A stretch of 63,580 nt of DNA, counting the filler, from Octopus bimaculoides (lineage: Eukaryota), in the NCBI RefSeq assembly GCF_001194135.2. It is 6 parts of 6 records of this genome, joined end to end, with 100 filler letters (N's around TTAATTAATTAA, not from the genome) between each part and the next. Parts side by side here need not be neighbours in the genome. Positions count along the whole stretch, not along the records: positions 1 to 23,091 come from NC_068984.1; 5 more parts are not named here. One strand, 5' to 3'. Under the pieces are notes generated by a model, which did no database searches, was not told the origin of the DNA, and worked only from the letters and a program-made list of their open reading frames with translations. Position numbers and translations under genes: made by a program. Positions 1 through 12,915 of the stretch are shown here, one piece after another (position 1 is the first letter of the stretch; each line of letters begins with the position of its first letter).

Positions 1-808
1 CTCTTTATCACTCACTCTCTTTGTCCTTGTCTTTCGCTCTCTCCGCGCCTCTCATTTTCATTTACTCAATGTGTAATCATTTTCTCCATTTTTCTTTTAT
101 CTTCTGTTGGTCAGTTAATTTCCTTTATTGAAGTAAAGCTACACTTTTTCTAATTTCAGAATTAAATCAAATGTTTTCCAGTTTGATGTTGTGACAGAAA
201 TCCTTTCCAAGCCTTCTCCACGCAATAAATAACGAGAGAATTTCCTTAAAATACAGCTACTCATTTAACATCACACCTGCTCCAGTTATTAAGTTGTATG
301 TCCATCGGTGCGTATACCGGATATTATGCACTCCTAAATCTCGTATATTGATCACAATTTTGCTATAGTTTACTGAAGAAAAGATGGATTTCTCTAGCAA
401 TCTGATTGGTTGACCGGAATAAATTTCAATGGAAAAAGAAAACAGAACACCCAAGTCCTAAGAAACGAGTGAGAATCAACCCAAACTGTCATATATTGAT
501 GTAGAATTGCAAGAACTTGCCACACTTTTTGACAAAGTTGTTTATCACATAACAAACCACAAACAATGAGACCTCAGCCTACTTGTAAAAATAGGTGGAT
601 GGCTGTGTGACTTGACCAATGCAAACTGCCACTTAAAGCTATCCGGACCTTGTCAAAAGCATTCACTATACAGAGTGGAATACTAGAGAGGATTTGAATT
701 TCTTCAAAGCGAACATCGTGAAAACTCTATCTTCTCACCTTAACATGTTCACGGGTTGCTTTGTTCTTTAATAATGATAAATCTTACAATATTAACATCA
801 TTGCCAAT

Positions 809-915
809 ACCCTAAACCCCAACCCTAACTCTAAACCTAACCCTAAACCCCAACCCTAACTCTAAACCTAACCCTAAACCCCAACCCTAACTCTAAACCT
901 AATCCTAACCCTAAA
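809..915 (+). repeat. Telomere-like (CCCTAA-variant) minisatellite, about 31-32-bp unit x about 3.4
   Basis: Repeated unit accctaaaccccaaccctaactctaaaccta is visible directly. Confidence 0.85.
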
Positions 916-1589
916 TCCACATATTTCACGTCATAATTCGTCTTTGAAACCAATTAAAAGTCAGATTTACATTTTTCATCTATTTATTACTGGTTTCAAT
1001 ATTTGATAGCGGCCAAGCTGTGGCACCTCCTTAATGAGTTTCCAATCAATTATATTAACACCATTACTTTGTTTGTAATCTATTTTATCGATCTCGGAAG
1101 ATGACAAAAGGCTGGGTCAATCAGGAGAAAAGGAAAATTCGTTTCATAGGTGAATCGGATAAACGGTTATCTGAAATATCGATGTCTGTCGTTCTCATTC
1201 CTTTCTGAGTCGAGTCGTTTCGCTTGGCTTTGAGATATACTGGGTTTTTAAAAAAAAAACAAATATAATCCGTCTTTAAAGGGAATTTTCCTGGACGAAA
1301 TATCGCAGCATAAAAGCTTTTAACAACACGCATTTACTAAGTACGTGACACTGATAACGTATTTTTGTTCGCCGCACCGATTTTCGCCACGCTAATACCG
1401 ACACACAAATGCATAGATACACGCATACACACTCACAAAACACACACACGTGTGCACTCACACACACACGCCCCTTCCCATAAAACTTGTGTGAGCTGCA
1501 GAATTTCTACAAACCAAAGTCCGCTGAAAAGGCTTTGATCGATGGCAGAAGGTGCTGCCACGTAGTGAGACAGAACCGGAAACCTGAAA

Positions 1590-2170
1590 AACATTCCAGC
1601 ATCTATAACAGTGAACATAACAATGAAAACATTTATCTTTCAATGAATGAATCAGGTGAAAGAGTCCAAGAGCCCAAGAATTACCTTCATTCTTTCTTGG
1701 TAACTTTTATAAGTGCGACCACGTTTCAAAGCCCGAATCGTCTTGTTTAAATCTTGAATTTTTCTTTTGGTCAACTCATATCCACCAGATTCCCAACTCC
1801 ATGGAACGTCTTCTCCCTCAGGCAGGAGCTGCCAATAAATCAATTATCTTTTAGTTAAAACAACTGAAATGTCTACTAATCAGGTCTGGAAATTATATCA
1901 ATAAACTTGCCCAACATTGATCTTAATTCATCTCTCTACTCTCACAGTTCTTTCTTTAAGTTACCATTCTGTATTACCCACAGTCTCCACACTCTCCCTT
2001 ACACTTGCCAAATGAAATCATTGCTTTGATTAAAGACAGCTTTTTCTCTCAAATGAAGCAAAGCAAGAAGTGCTGTTCGCCCTTCTAGCCTGATGATCAG
2101 CATTTGGCACACCAGTAATAATACGCCGCAGGATTTCAGGCAGCACTCCGACGTGTTATAAGAAATTGCT
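1590..2170 (-). mobile_element. Degraded CR1-like LINE, RT C-terminal region
   Basis: Minus-strand translation gives KRKIQDLNK...IRAL...KSYQERMKVILGLL, resembling the CR1 motif KKDIxxLEKVQRRATKxIPxLxxKSYxERLKxLGL. Upstream MISFGKCK resembles MKFNxxKCK. Stops in all frames. Confidence 0.45.
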
Positions 2171-2205
2171 TAACATTTACCTAAAACTAAAATAGATGTG
2201 AGTGG

Positions 2206-2395
2206 AAGCGTACGGCTTAATGGTTAGTGTGTAGGGCGTTGGCCTCATGATCATAAGGTTGTAATTTCGATTCGTGGACTGGACGACGCGTTGTGTTCCT
2301 GAGCAAAAACATTTCATTTCACGTTGCTGCAATGCATTCATCTGGCAAAGGTGAGTCACCCTACGACGGACCAGCGTTCAATCCAGTGGGGAACC
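2206..2395 (+). mobile_element. tRNA-derived SINE, family C (truncated)
   Basis: A-box-like ggcttaatggttag and B-box-like gatt(t)cgattc, followed by acgcgttgtgttcctgagcaaaaca. Homologous to the copy at 30441. Confidence 0.75.
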
Positions 2396-3079
2396 GGAAA
2401 ACCAATCCGTATAAGTCCGCAGGGTTCGAGCGAGAAGGATGCTTTTAAAATAGACGTAAATAAGTGACACTACAATAACAAGAATATTAAGGACATTAAA
2501 ATTTGGAAAGGTTCGGCTACCAATATTCGCCATCGCTGTCCAAGTGTATTGTTTATGGGACACGAGAGAAGAACCAGCTTTAGTGCATAGCCAAATACTT
2601 ATCAGATGGATGAAAAGAAATGCCAAGTAGAAATTAAAATGGATTGTCGCTAAACATATCATTAAATTAGTTGTGGTGATATTCTGAGATGCTCTGCGGG
2701 TTTTTATAGATAGAGAATTATCTCCCTTGCCGGACATTGTTAACAGCGCATAACAGGAACCGGGAGAGGATATAAATGGTGGCCTGGAATGTGTGGGGAG
2801 GAGTTACTGGTGTGAGATTCCCCGTGGTGTATCAGAACCTGGACATAGACAAGCGTCTTTCATAGTGTTAAGCTTTCTTCCACGGACAATATAACCCGGG
2901 TAAAAGTCATGCAGGTTGTTACTCTTTGACGTGAATCCACTCCTACCAGCTAAGAAAACATTCCAGTTTCAATACCAGCAGGAAATGAGTAAAACATTTA
3001 AAGTGGGGAATGATAACACGTGAAGGATGTATTGCATTATGAGAATGTCCACTGTTTATGTTGCTTTCACAGACTCATA

Positions 3080-3505
3080 ACTGAAATACGAATAGAATGA
3101 TTAGTTGTTGAGTGACTTTTTCGACTCCTGGGATATTGAGCAGGCTATCAAAGTGATTGGCAAATCTATCAAGGATCTCCAACTTTTCCTGGAGTACCGA
3201 TTTACCGTCAAGAGCTATGAGTTTTGTTGTGCTTCTTCTCTGTGAGCCATATACTTCTCGAAGTCCTGAAGAAAACGCTTTCGTCTTTATCAGCTCTTCA
3301 CCTTTGGCCTCCCATTAATCTGATTTCAGATTTCTAGTATATTGTTGCAGCTTCCATTTTGCTTCCACTAATTTTCCTGTTTTACCTTGTGTTGTAATTT
3401 AGCTGCCTTGCCTATGCAAAGTTCCCTTCCTTTGGCAGGGTCTGTAGTTGGATGTCGTTGTTGTTGAACCAATCTTGATGTTTTTTCACCAGTTGCCTAG
3501 GATTC
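3080..3505 (-). mobile_element. RTE-clade LINE, inverted endonuclease-RT linker segment
   Basis: Minus strand encodes GQLVKKHQDWFNNND...REVYGSQRRSTTKLIALDGKSVLQEKLEILDRFANHFDSLLN...SYESVKAT, typical of the RTE linker. Confidence 0.75.
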
Positions 3506-3507
3506 GT

Positions 3508-4335
3508 TGAGCACCTTAGATGTCTATGTATGCATTATTAATCGACTTCACAAAAGCTTTCAACTCAGTCTCCTGCGATGGCTTTGGATTGTTCTTTGAA
3601 AACAGAAATGTCCTCGAAGGTCCATCAAATTGATTAGGTTCCTGCATGAAGGAATGCAGGCATTTATAGTATAAAGTAGCAACACCTCAAGCGAGATTTT
3701 GGTGACAAATGGAATTAAACAAAGGTGCGTACTTGCTGCACACTGTTTTCTCTCTATCTTGCAGTAGTGTTGGCAGTTCCTTCGAAGAAGTTGGAGGGGG
3801 GGTTATTTACATAGAGACGCAGCCTGATGCTAATCTATTCAATATCACGCAGTACAAAGCAAAGACACACACTACGAAGATCCTAGTGCGAGAGATGTTC
3901 GTTGATGATAATGCGCTGAATATCTTTAGTGCTGAAGATATGCAGAAACTGGAAGAATAACTTTGCCAGAACTGCGCAACAGTGCTGCTAAAAGGTCAAC
4001 ATCAGAAAAACCGAATGCCTTTCCCAAAAGGTAGAGAACCTACCTGCCCCTATAACAGAAGATAACATCACTATTAGACGTGAAGGGCTGGTCCAGTGCA
4101 AAACATTCAAAGGCCTGAGCATCGACCATTTCTGGAAATCACATAGAAAACATGCAGAACAGTGCTTCAATTGGCAGGCTACAGGTGACATGTTTTCATC
4201 CGGGTTCAAATGTAAGGTATATCAGTCTATAGTGCTTTCTTCCCAGTTGTACAGAGCTAAAACCTGGACAGTCTATAAAGCTTAAGTAGACAAGTTACAT
4301 ACATATAGGATGAGGCAGCTACAATGCGTTATGAA
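3508..4335 (+). mobile_element. RTE-clade LINE RT fragment (pseudogenised)
   Basis: IDFTKAFNSVS, CP..IKLIRFLHEGMQA, VTNGIKQRCVL, NLFNITQYKAKT...VREMFVDDNAL and KTWTVYK motifs, with frameshifts and stops. Confidence 0.85.
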
Positions 4336-4339
4336 TATC

Positions 4340-4790
4340 ATTCTGTGTAGCTCCTAATGTTAGAAACCATTATTGTTGGGAATAATCCGTAGAGAGGGTG
4401 TATATCTTCATTATTATTTGTGTTTAGGAAGTGAGTCTTTACTATTGCGCTGGCAGTAGGTAGTGGAGGGGAAGTAACTCTTCGCCAAATAGAATTCCTG
4501 AAATGTCATCCATTTTGAAATGGAATTGTTTCGCTTCATTTATGTCTACAAACTTTCTGAAAAGCATTTTTCAATGAATGTGAAAAGTAAACAGTTAGGT
4601 CCAGCGTTCGCAAGCTCTGCTTGAGTGGGATTCAAAGCGGTCAGGGTGAGGAGTTCTAGTCGGTGGACCTGAGGTTTTTGGACGGAATGTTTAGTTACAA
4701 GGTTTAAGATTGGCAAGAGGATGTAAGATGGCTGTTACGGTGAAAACGGGCATTTATGAGATACAGCTGGCTAATTCAGTGGAGCAGTAA
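4340..4790 (-). mobile_element. Possible CR1/L2-like LINE 3' relic
   Basis: Weak minus-strand similarity (HFRNSIWRRVT resembles HYxNSFxxRV). Heavily decayed. Confidence 0.3.
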
Positions 4791-4802
4791 CTACTACAGC
4801 AG

Positions 4803-5065
4803 TGATCAGAGAGAGACATGGAGAGACACATAGACAGACAGACAGACAGACAGACAGAGACAGACAGACAGAGACAGACAGAAAGATAGACAGAGACAGA
4901 GAGGGGAGAGAGAGACACATGGAGAGAAAGAGAGAGTGTGACAGAGAAAGAAAAAGAGTGGCAGAGAAAGAGAAAGATAGAGAGAGTGAGTGAGAGGGAG
5001 AAAGAAGGAGAGTGAGAGGGAGAGAGAAGGAGAGTGAGAGGGGGAGAGAGAGAGGGGGAGGGAGT
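4803..5065 (+). repeat. Compound (GACA)n/(GA)n purine-rich microsatellite
   Basis: Direct inspection. Confidence 0.9.
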
Positions 5066-5461
5066 ATGCTGTACTTTGGTCGGAGGCTACTGGTTTCGTA
5101 CGAAGTTCACACTAAACTTTCTCTCCGTTACTTTACGATTAATTAAAAATGTTGATTATAGTTCGGGAAAAAGAAAAGAGCTTTTTCATTATTGTTGTTG
5201 AATGCTGAGCTGATTGATCAGGACATCACGCATTTCAGACTGTAGCAACACTGCCCTCCTATTCAGGAATAATAGTTAGGGGCTGTTTAATTAGCAAAGC
5301 TAACTTAATGAAATTAAGAAATCGTTGCAGATGACAACTTACATTTTCCATCTCAGTCACAGATGGATCATTTTTTTCTTCTTCTTTCTTTTCACTTGAC
5401 ATCGAAATCTATCAACAATTGAGATAATAAATATAAGAATTACATCTCTCTTACGCTTGCG

Positions 5462-5498
<37 letters not shown>

Positions 5499-5920
5499 NN
5501 NNNNNNNNNNNNNNNNNNNNNNNNNNNNNNNNNNNNNNNNNNNNNNNNNNNNNNNNNNNNNNNNNNNNNNNNNNNNNNNNNNNNNNNNNNNNNNNNNNNN
5601 NNNNNNNNNNNNNNNNNNNNNNNNNNNNNNNNNNNNNNNNNNNNNNNNNNNNNNNNNNNNNNNNNNNNNNNNNNNNNNNNNNNNNNNNNNNNNNNNNNNN
5701 NNNNNNNNNNNNNNNNNNNNNNNNNNNNNNNNNNNNNNNNNNNNNNNNNNNNNNNNNNNNNNNNNNNNNNNNNNNNNNNNNNNNNNNNNNNNNNNNNNNN
5801 NNNNNNNNNNNNNNNNNNNNNNNNNNNNNNNNNNNNNNNNNNNNNNNNNNNNNNNNNNNNNNNNNNNNNNNNNNNNNNNNNNNNNNNNNNNNNNNNNNNN
5901 NAACTGGAAGAAGCCGGTCG

Positions 5921-5960
<40 letters not shown>

Positions 5961-5968
5961 TGTATATA

Positions 5969-6098
5969 TACGACGGGCTTCTTTCAGTTTCCGTCTACCA
6001 AATCCATTCACGAGCCTTTGGTCGGCCCGAGGCTATAGTAGAAGACATTTTCCCAAGGTGCTTTGCAGTGTGACTGAACCCGGAACCATGCTGTTGGT
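5969..6098 (-). mobile_element. SINE family B (CORE-like), partial
   Basis: Reverse complement of ...caccttggg(c)aa(g)tgtcttctactatagcctcgggccgaccaaagg...gacggaaactgaaagaagcccgtcg, ending in (TA)/(CA) repeats. Confidence 0.85.
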
Positions 6099-6284
6099 TA
6101 ATATATGTATATATATATATGTATTTATATTTATATATATTATTTGTACATGTAGATTATGTTCTCGCAGCATGTTTGGATGCTTAAACATACAAACGCG
6201 TGCGCGCTAGTACATATATAAAGATCGATCGATCGATCGATCGATCGATCGATCGATAGACAGACAAATATACAACCAAACTTT

Positions 6285-6462
6285 GTATGTCAAATTTTGG
6301 CACTAGGCCAGCAATTTTGGGAGAGAGTATGAATCGTTTACATCGAACCCCAGTGTCCAGCTTGGCACCTATTCTATCGACTCGAAATGAATAAAAGGAA
6401 AATTCCACTATGGTGGAATTAGAACTCAGAATGCAAAGACAGACGAAATTCTGCTAAGCATT
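6285..6462 (-). mobile_element. SINE family A, tail type 2 (diverged)
   Basis: Reverse complement of atgcttagcagaatttcgtctgtctttgcattctgagttc...ttccttttattcatttcgagtcgataga...ccaaaattgctggcctagtgccaaaatttg. Confidence 0.75.
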
Positions 6463-6922
6463 TATTTGGTATGTATTTAGTTCCGTGATCGAGGAATCTA
6501 TGAAGACATGGTGCTAAAGAAGATCGGTTTAAGAAAAAATATGTAAAAAATAGAAAGTATGCTTGAAGAAAAGTCGTTTAAAAGTCGGTCGATTCATTTA
6601 AGACGTTTTTCATTTCCTTGTGAGTTGTTTCCAAATGTAACAAATTTTAAAGTAACTTGCTACTAACCGCCGAGCTTATGTGCTAGATATTGAAAACTAG
6701 TCAGGCATGAAATAGTATATCTAATCTAATCTAGCGTCAAATGCACAGTCTTTCCACTTCGCTAATTTACCTGAATATAATTGAAGTTTTAAAATTGCTT
6801 CTTTTAACTCTGAAACGACACCCAACACGAACTGAAGGTAATTAGAAGGAAAAAGAAGAGAAAAAAACTTGATAGTTTACACAGTTTCCATAAGCTACAG
6901 ACACACACACACACACACATTA

Positions 6923-6968
<46 letters not shown>

Positions 6969-7098
6969 NNNNNNNNNNNNNNNNNNNNNNNNNNNNNNNN
7001 NNNNNNNNNNNNNNNNNNNNNNNNNNNNNNNNNNNNNNNNNNNNNNNNNNNNNNNNNNNNNNNNNNNNNNNNNTATGTGTGTGTGTGTGTGTGTGTGT

Positions 7099-8880
7099 AT
7101 ACTTGGGCGTTATGGAATAGGAATGGTGAACAGCAATGGGTTGCATCTGCTACAAATGATCTCCGAGCTAGGCTTGATTGTTGGGAATACTTTCTTTCAT
7201 CTTAAGTTGAAGCATAAAGTTACCTGGATTCACCCAAGATCAAAGCAAGGTCACATGATTGACTTTTTATTAACTCGGAAAGCTGACTTACAAGATTTGT
7301 GCAATCTCAGAGTATTGCGAGGTGCTGATTGTGATACTGATCACAAAATGGTTAGGGCCAAGTTCAAGTTCAGGGTCTGTAAGAAGATTTTTAGTGCAGG
7401 TGTACGAGTGCCAAGGAAAATTGATGCAGAGCAACTGAAACGATCACAAGTTTTGCAGTTGTTTCAGAAGAGATGCAGCAATGTTTATTTTGAAGGTTCG
7501 TGGCAACCTTTTTCCGTGATGGAATATATAAAATGGGATCAGAAGTGTTAGGTTTTAAGAGGAGAGAGCACCGAGACTGGTTTGATTCCAATGATACAAC
7601 AAAGAGGTCCACTCATGAAAAGCTCCTTGACCCAAACGTTAAGAACAAAGTGCAGCTAGAAAAGTTGTACAAGTCTCCGAAAGCAGACTTGCACAAAGAA
7701 CTTAGGAGACTTAAAGACACTTGGTGGAGAAATTTGTCTGAGGAAGTACAGACAGCCTATGGTAAGAAGGACATTAGAAGTTTCTATAGTTTATTGCGGC
7801 GAGCTTTTGGACCCCAATCTTCATCATATATTCCCTTGCAGTCGAAAGATGTACATGAGATTATTAAAGATCCTCCTGGAATAATGAATAGATGGAGAGA
7901 ACGCTTTGCAGATCTTTTCCACAATCCATCTGTAATGAACATGGATATCATAAACAACATTCCGCAAAGAGAGATAGTGCAACACATGGATGACACACCT
8001 TCCATTGAAAAAGTAAATCTGGCATTATGTAAACCGAGATCAGGTAAAGCTCCTGGATAGGATGGTATTCCAGTTGAAATCCTGAAAGCAGGTGGGGATC
8101 ATATTTCATCTGAAATTCATAACCTGATAACTCGAGTTTGGAATGTATCTTCTGTGCCACAAGAATGGATAAATGGCATTTTAATCTCTGTATACTAGGG
8201 TAAGGGCCCGAAAGCGGTGTGTGGTAATTCTAGAAGGATAACTCTTCCGGCACAAACCGAAAAGATACTTTCAAGGATCATGTTAGATCGTCTTGTTGAG
8301 AATTTGTGTCCGCATGTGATTCCTGAAGAACAGTGTGGTTCCAGACCTGAGCGAAGAACAATGGACATGATGTTTTCTGTGAGGCAGGTTCAAGAGAAAC
8401 GCTTAGAGGAACAAATGCCACTATACCAGGTCTTCATAGATTTAGTTAAGGTATTTGACTTTGTAAACAGTAAGGCACTATGGATTGTTTTGTGTAAATT
8501 TGGTTGCCCAACACATTTTGTGAGCATTTTTAAGGAACTACACAGAAACATGAAAGCTCAGGTAGTCTTTTATGGTGCGCTATCTCATGAATTTTCGGTG
8601 GACAACGGTGTCAAACAGGGAGATATTCTTGTCCCTACACTTTTCTCTGTTTATTTTGCTGTATTACTTTAGTATGCTTTCAAGGATTGCAACAGGAGAA
8701 TCGGAATCAACTTTCGGATATCTGGTCATATTTTTAATTTGACCGGTTTAACTGCAAAGCAAAGATTTTCGAAATACTTGTCGGAGAATTACTTTACGCT
8801 GATGCTGCTGATTTGTTGGCACACTCAGAGGGGAATATGCAACATATAAGGGACAGATTTTCCACTGCATGTGTACATCT
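7099..8880 (+). mobile_element. RTE-clade LINE ORF2 relic (endonuclease C-terminus, linker, RT)
   Basis: GNTFF...KVTWIHPRSKQGHMIDFLLTR...DCDTDH (APE); REHRDWFDSND; RWRERFADLFH; SGKAPG*DGIP; QCGSRPERRTMDMMFSVRQVQEK; NGVKQGDILVPTLFS; LYADAAD. Multiple stops and frameshifts. Confidence 0.92.
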
Positions 8881-9193
8881 GATCTGAAACCCTACAAAAT
8901 TCGCAGACAATCTGAAATGGCTAAACTCTTTCACACCAAAACATTGACTCTTTTAAATTTATTTGGATCGAAACAAGTCAATGGATGACATTCGTTCCCC
9001 GCCCCACTCAGCACCCCAACCACCACCACCGCACCCCATCACCACCACCCTCTTAAATAACCAAAGCTTTCTGTATTGATTCTATATTTAAGGTATGAGG
9101 AATTATGTACATAATTTACATTTGAAATCTCTGTATCTATATCTATCTATATCATACTTATACACGCGCGCGCACGCGTACGCATATATACAC

Positions 9194-9226
<33 letters not shown>

Positions 9227-11770
9227 NNNNNNNNNNNNNNNNNNTATATTATCTTTATGTGTAAATCTCTTTACCTATCTCTATATCTATATATGATCTA
9301 TATATAATCTATAAAATAGGTGATGTACTTGAATTATCATCAGTATAACCATTTATGGCAAATTCCAAATCCCCACTTCTCCCTTCTGCTATCTCCATCT
9401 TTTATCAACATTGTTTAAATACTTCAAAAACGTGTTTTTAAACAAACCTTTAAGTATTACCAATCTCTTTTGTAGATTGTTAAAGACACTGGCTCAAGTC
9501 TCCGGTCTGAAATTTACTTCCTTCTTCGTCTTTTTTCTCGTAAGACCTGAAAAATATAAAGTGTCATGGCCGTTGATTTTCCCTCCCAGGGTAAATCTTT
9601 ATGACTTAAATATAACGAGGAAAATATTTTTAGAGAAATTTTTGCAGGGGAAGTAACTTTTGCAATAAATAGTTTCTGAAGGAGTTGTTTACCTTGAATA
9701 TTCCCTTAAAACTATAATATTGTACATATTTGGTAGTTTTAATCGGTTAACAACCATTAAAGTAACTCAAGCCGTAAGAGTTTCGTGTATTACACTTAAT
9801 CACTTTTGATAAATGCTGTGCACGAAATTCTCCATCCTTGAGTAACTCTTGTAACTTTCTGCCGGTTAAAAATATTAAAGAAATGTACATGTATGCTAGT
9901 GAATGATGATATTTTTCCTTAATCGAAATGGACAAAGCTATAAATATGATGATTATATTTCATATTATTATATGAGTATCAAACCATGGAGATATATTTT
10001 ACCTGGGAAGTATTCTTGCGAATATTAAATATAAGCGAAATGGATGGTTGTAGAAATGATGTCACATGTTACAATTAGGACTGTTGTGATGACGTCACAA
10101 ACATACTGGACAAATTTCATTATAAATATTTGGCCGGGTGAAACAAAAAGTTTATCTAGGTTTAACGAGAAAAGAGTAAAATCTGTTTAAAATTTGTGCC
10201 AGAGTCATTTGAAGGTAAGGTGGTGAGGTGACAGAATGGCTAGAGCGTCGGCGGGGGAGGAATGGCTGATGGTAATTTTTATGAGTTCAAAACCTTCCTA
10301 AGTCAACTTTGACCTTTATCCTTCTGGGAGTCGATTCTTCGCTTAGAATCCTGTATTTTGTGTGACGAGAAATATCATAAGAGATCGTTCCATGCGCCCT
10401 TTTCTCTTGAAAGAGTTGAGCGAAGGGTTTAGGAATCGTCTTAAAACACAACTAAAATACTGGAACCGACAAAACACAGACCGATGTTGGTTATATCGTG
10501 GGACGACGAAGAAAGCAATATAGAATATATCATTAAACATTGATTTTGCCCTGAAAAATAGTATTGAGAACAAATTATGTTTCCATGGATAAAGTAAAGT
10601 AGTTTTGAACCCAAATGGAACGTAGGCATTCACACGGGTCATTTTTTTCTTTTCTTCATTTTTTTTCCCCCTATAACACTTAAATTGTTTTCTGTTTTCC
10701 AATGTGAAGCGTGGTGCAACGATAAAAGCTTTGAAACCAATGATACTGAAGAACAATCGATGTGAGCATTTTATAAAGGTTACCCATAGCGATATTTTGA
10801 TACGAGGCTGTTGCAGTTGCTTTTATTTAACCTGGTTAACTTTCACACAAATCAATAAATTCTTTGTTTAATGATTTCTGTCTGATTTCTAACAAGCAGT
10901 TTCGGCTTCGTTCAGAACATGCAAGGTATTTGTCATTGAGGAGAGCAAATCAAGTCGAAACAGATTTCCGGCGATCCTCTGCTATTCCGAGTGAAGCCCT
11001 GTGCTTGTAATATAAAATGCAAAATATTTCAGCAACTGCCGTGCCATGCTTGTATAGACGTTGTAAATGTTATACACGCTGCTCTTTCTATTCGAGCGTT
11101 CTCAAATGCATCTATTCAAAACATATAAACATTCATTCATACATGAATACATACATATATACAGCCATGCATTCTTACATATATACATCCATCCATGCAG
11201 CCATGCATGCATGCATCCATCCATCTGTCACAGCATCTGTTTGTCTAACTTCAGGAATATCTGTAAAAGACACGGAAAATCCAATCACTAGCAGCGGCCG
11301 AAGACCATCATCCATCTGCACTTTTATATGTCTGTATTAAACCAATGCGACAGAAATAACGATAGACTTTATATACATACAAGTTCTCAAAACAATTCTT
11401 GAAACTATCCTAAGGCGACAGACCGCTTTTGATGAGAAATGGATTAAAGACGGGCCACTCACGTGTTGAAAGTGATCGCTAGGGACAATATGCTAACACG
11501 TAGTGATATGCATTGGAGAGTAGATACGTCTGTCTACAACTGTTATCACTCATAGCCAACATGTGGGGCTATGGACTCTCCATGTAGTAACGCAATAACC
11601 ACCCTACTTAAATCACGAGGAATATACTAAAAGAAAATACCAACGACATGTGCTGTGGAATCGAACAGTTCGATAATAATATCATGGAGCTGTAAGTTTA
11701 TAAGTTTACGGAACACCAACTGCAACTTAAGACAAAGAACTGACAAAAAATACAGAGTTTCTATTCTCCA

Positions 11771-11998
11771 TGTTTCTTTATTGCCCACAAGGACCTAAAC
11801 ATAGAGAGGACAAACAAGGACATACAAAGGGATTAAGTCGATTACATCAACCCAAGTGCATAACTGGTACTTAATTTATCGACCTCGAAAGGCAAAGTCG
11901 ACCTTGGTGGAATTTGAACTCAGAACGTAACGGCAGACGAAATATCGCCACGCATTTCGCCCGGCGTGCTAACGTTTCTGCCAGCTCACCGCCTTAAT
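11771..11998 (-). mobile_element. Full-length SINE family A, tail type 1, with 16-bp TSD
   Basis: Family consensus ggcggtgagctggcagaaacgttagc...gttctgagttcaaatt...caataaagaaa. TSD gagtt(t/c)ctattctcca at 11755-11770 and 11999-12014. Confidence 0.9.
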
Positions 11999-12035
11999 GA
12001 GTTCCTATTCTCCAGCCTGCTCAGGACAAATTATT

Positions 12036-12075
<40 letters not shown>

Positions 12076-12740
12076 NNNNNNNNNNNNNNNNNNNNNNNNN
12101 NNNNNNNNNNNNNNNNNNNNNNNNNNNNNNNNNNNNNNNNNNNNNNNNNNNNNNNNNNNNNNNNNNNNNNNNNNNNNNNNNNNNNNNNNNNNNNNNNNNN
12201 NNNNNNNNNNNNNNNNNNNNNNNNNNNNNNNNNNNNNNNNNNNNNNNNNNNNNNNNNNNNNNNNNNNNNNNNNNNNNNNNNNNNNNNNNNNNNNNNNNNN
12301 NNNNNNNNNNNNNNNNNNNNNNNNNNNNNNNNNNNNNNNNNNNNNNNNNNNNNNNNNNNNNNNNNNNNNNNNNNNNNNNNNNNNNNNNNNNNNNNNNNNN
12401 NNNNNNNNNNNNNNNNNNNNNNNNNNNNNNNNNNNNNNNNNNNNNNNNNNNNNNNNNNNNNNNNNNNNNNNNNNNNNNNNNNNNNNNNNNNNNNNNNNNN
12501 NNNNNNNNNNNNNNNNNNNNNNNNNNGGCAGAAATTAGTGCATTAATCTACCCACATAATTACAAAATTATATGATAATTTCAGGTTGTATACTAATGAA
12601 TTGATACACTGAGTGCAAAGAATTTGCACTTACAAGCACTGAACTTAAAAAGAAAAACATTTCGGGCTACGTAAATACCTGCAAATGTCACAGATATACA
12701 ACTTCATATATTTAGAGAAAACAAACAAAATAAAAAAAAA

Positions 12741-12915
12741 CTTTCTTTTCTACTCTAGAATCAAGGCCTGAAATTCTTTTGGTGGGAGGGAACCAGTCGA
12801 TTAGATCGACCTCAGTACGAAACTGGTACTTAATTTATCGACCCCGAAAGGATGAAAGGCAAAATCGACTTTGGCGGAATCTGAACTCAGAACGTAACAG
12901 CAGACAAAATACCGC
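12741..12915 (-). mobile_element. SINE family A, tail type 2
   Basis: Same body as 11771, but the tail is ...aaagaatttcaggccttgattctagagtagaaaagaaag. Confidence 0.85.

Noticed and set aside
1685-1828. Apparent 144-nt phase 0-0 exon LLPEGEDVPWSWESGG...KSYQERMK, with a DVP motif reminiscent of the legumain activation peptide
   Set aside because: Read-through gives KSYQERMKVILGLL, which fits the CR1 LINE motif SYxERLKxLGL better. WSWESGG does not fit the helical legumain segment, and it is 40 kb from the other exons. Not fully excluded without RNA-seq.
5357-6038. Long ORFs in the track spanning N runs or microsatellites (also at about 12.0, 20.0, 21.5, 32.3, 33.2, 39.0, 43.3, 50.8, 52.6, 54.7 and 59.0 kb)
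   Set aside because: They consist of X or dipeptide repeats (YI, CV, HT, ER) and have no coding evidence.
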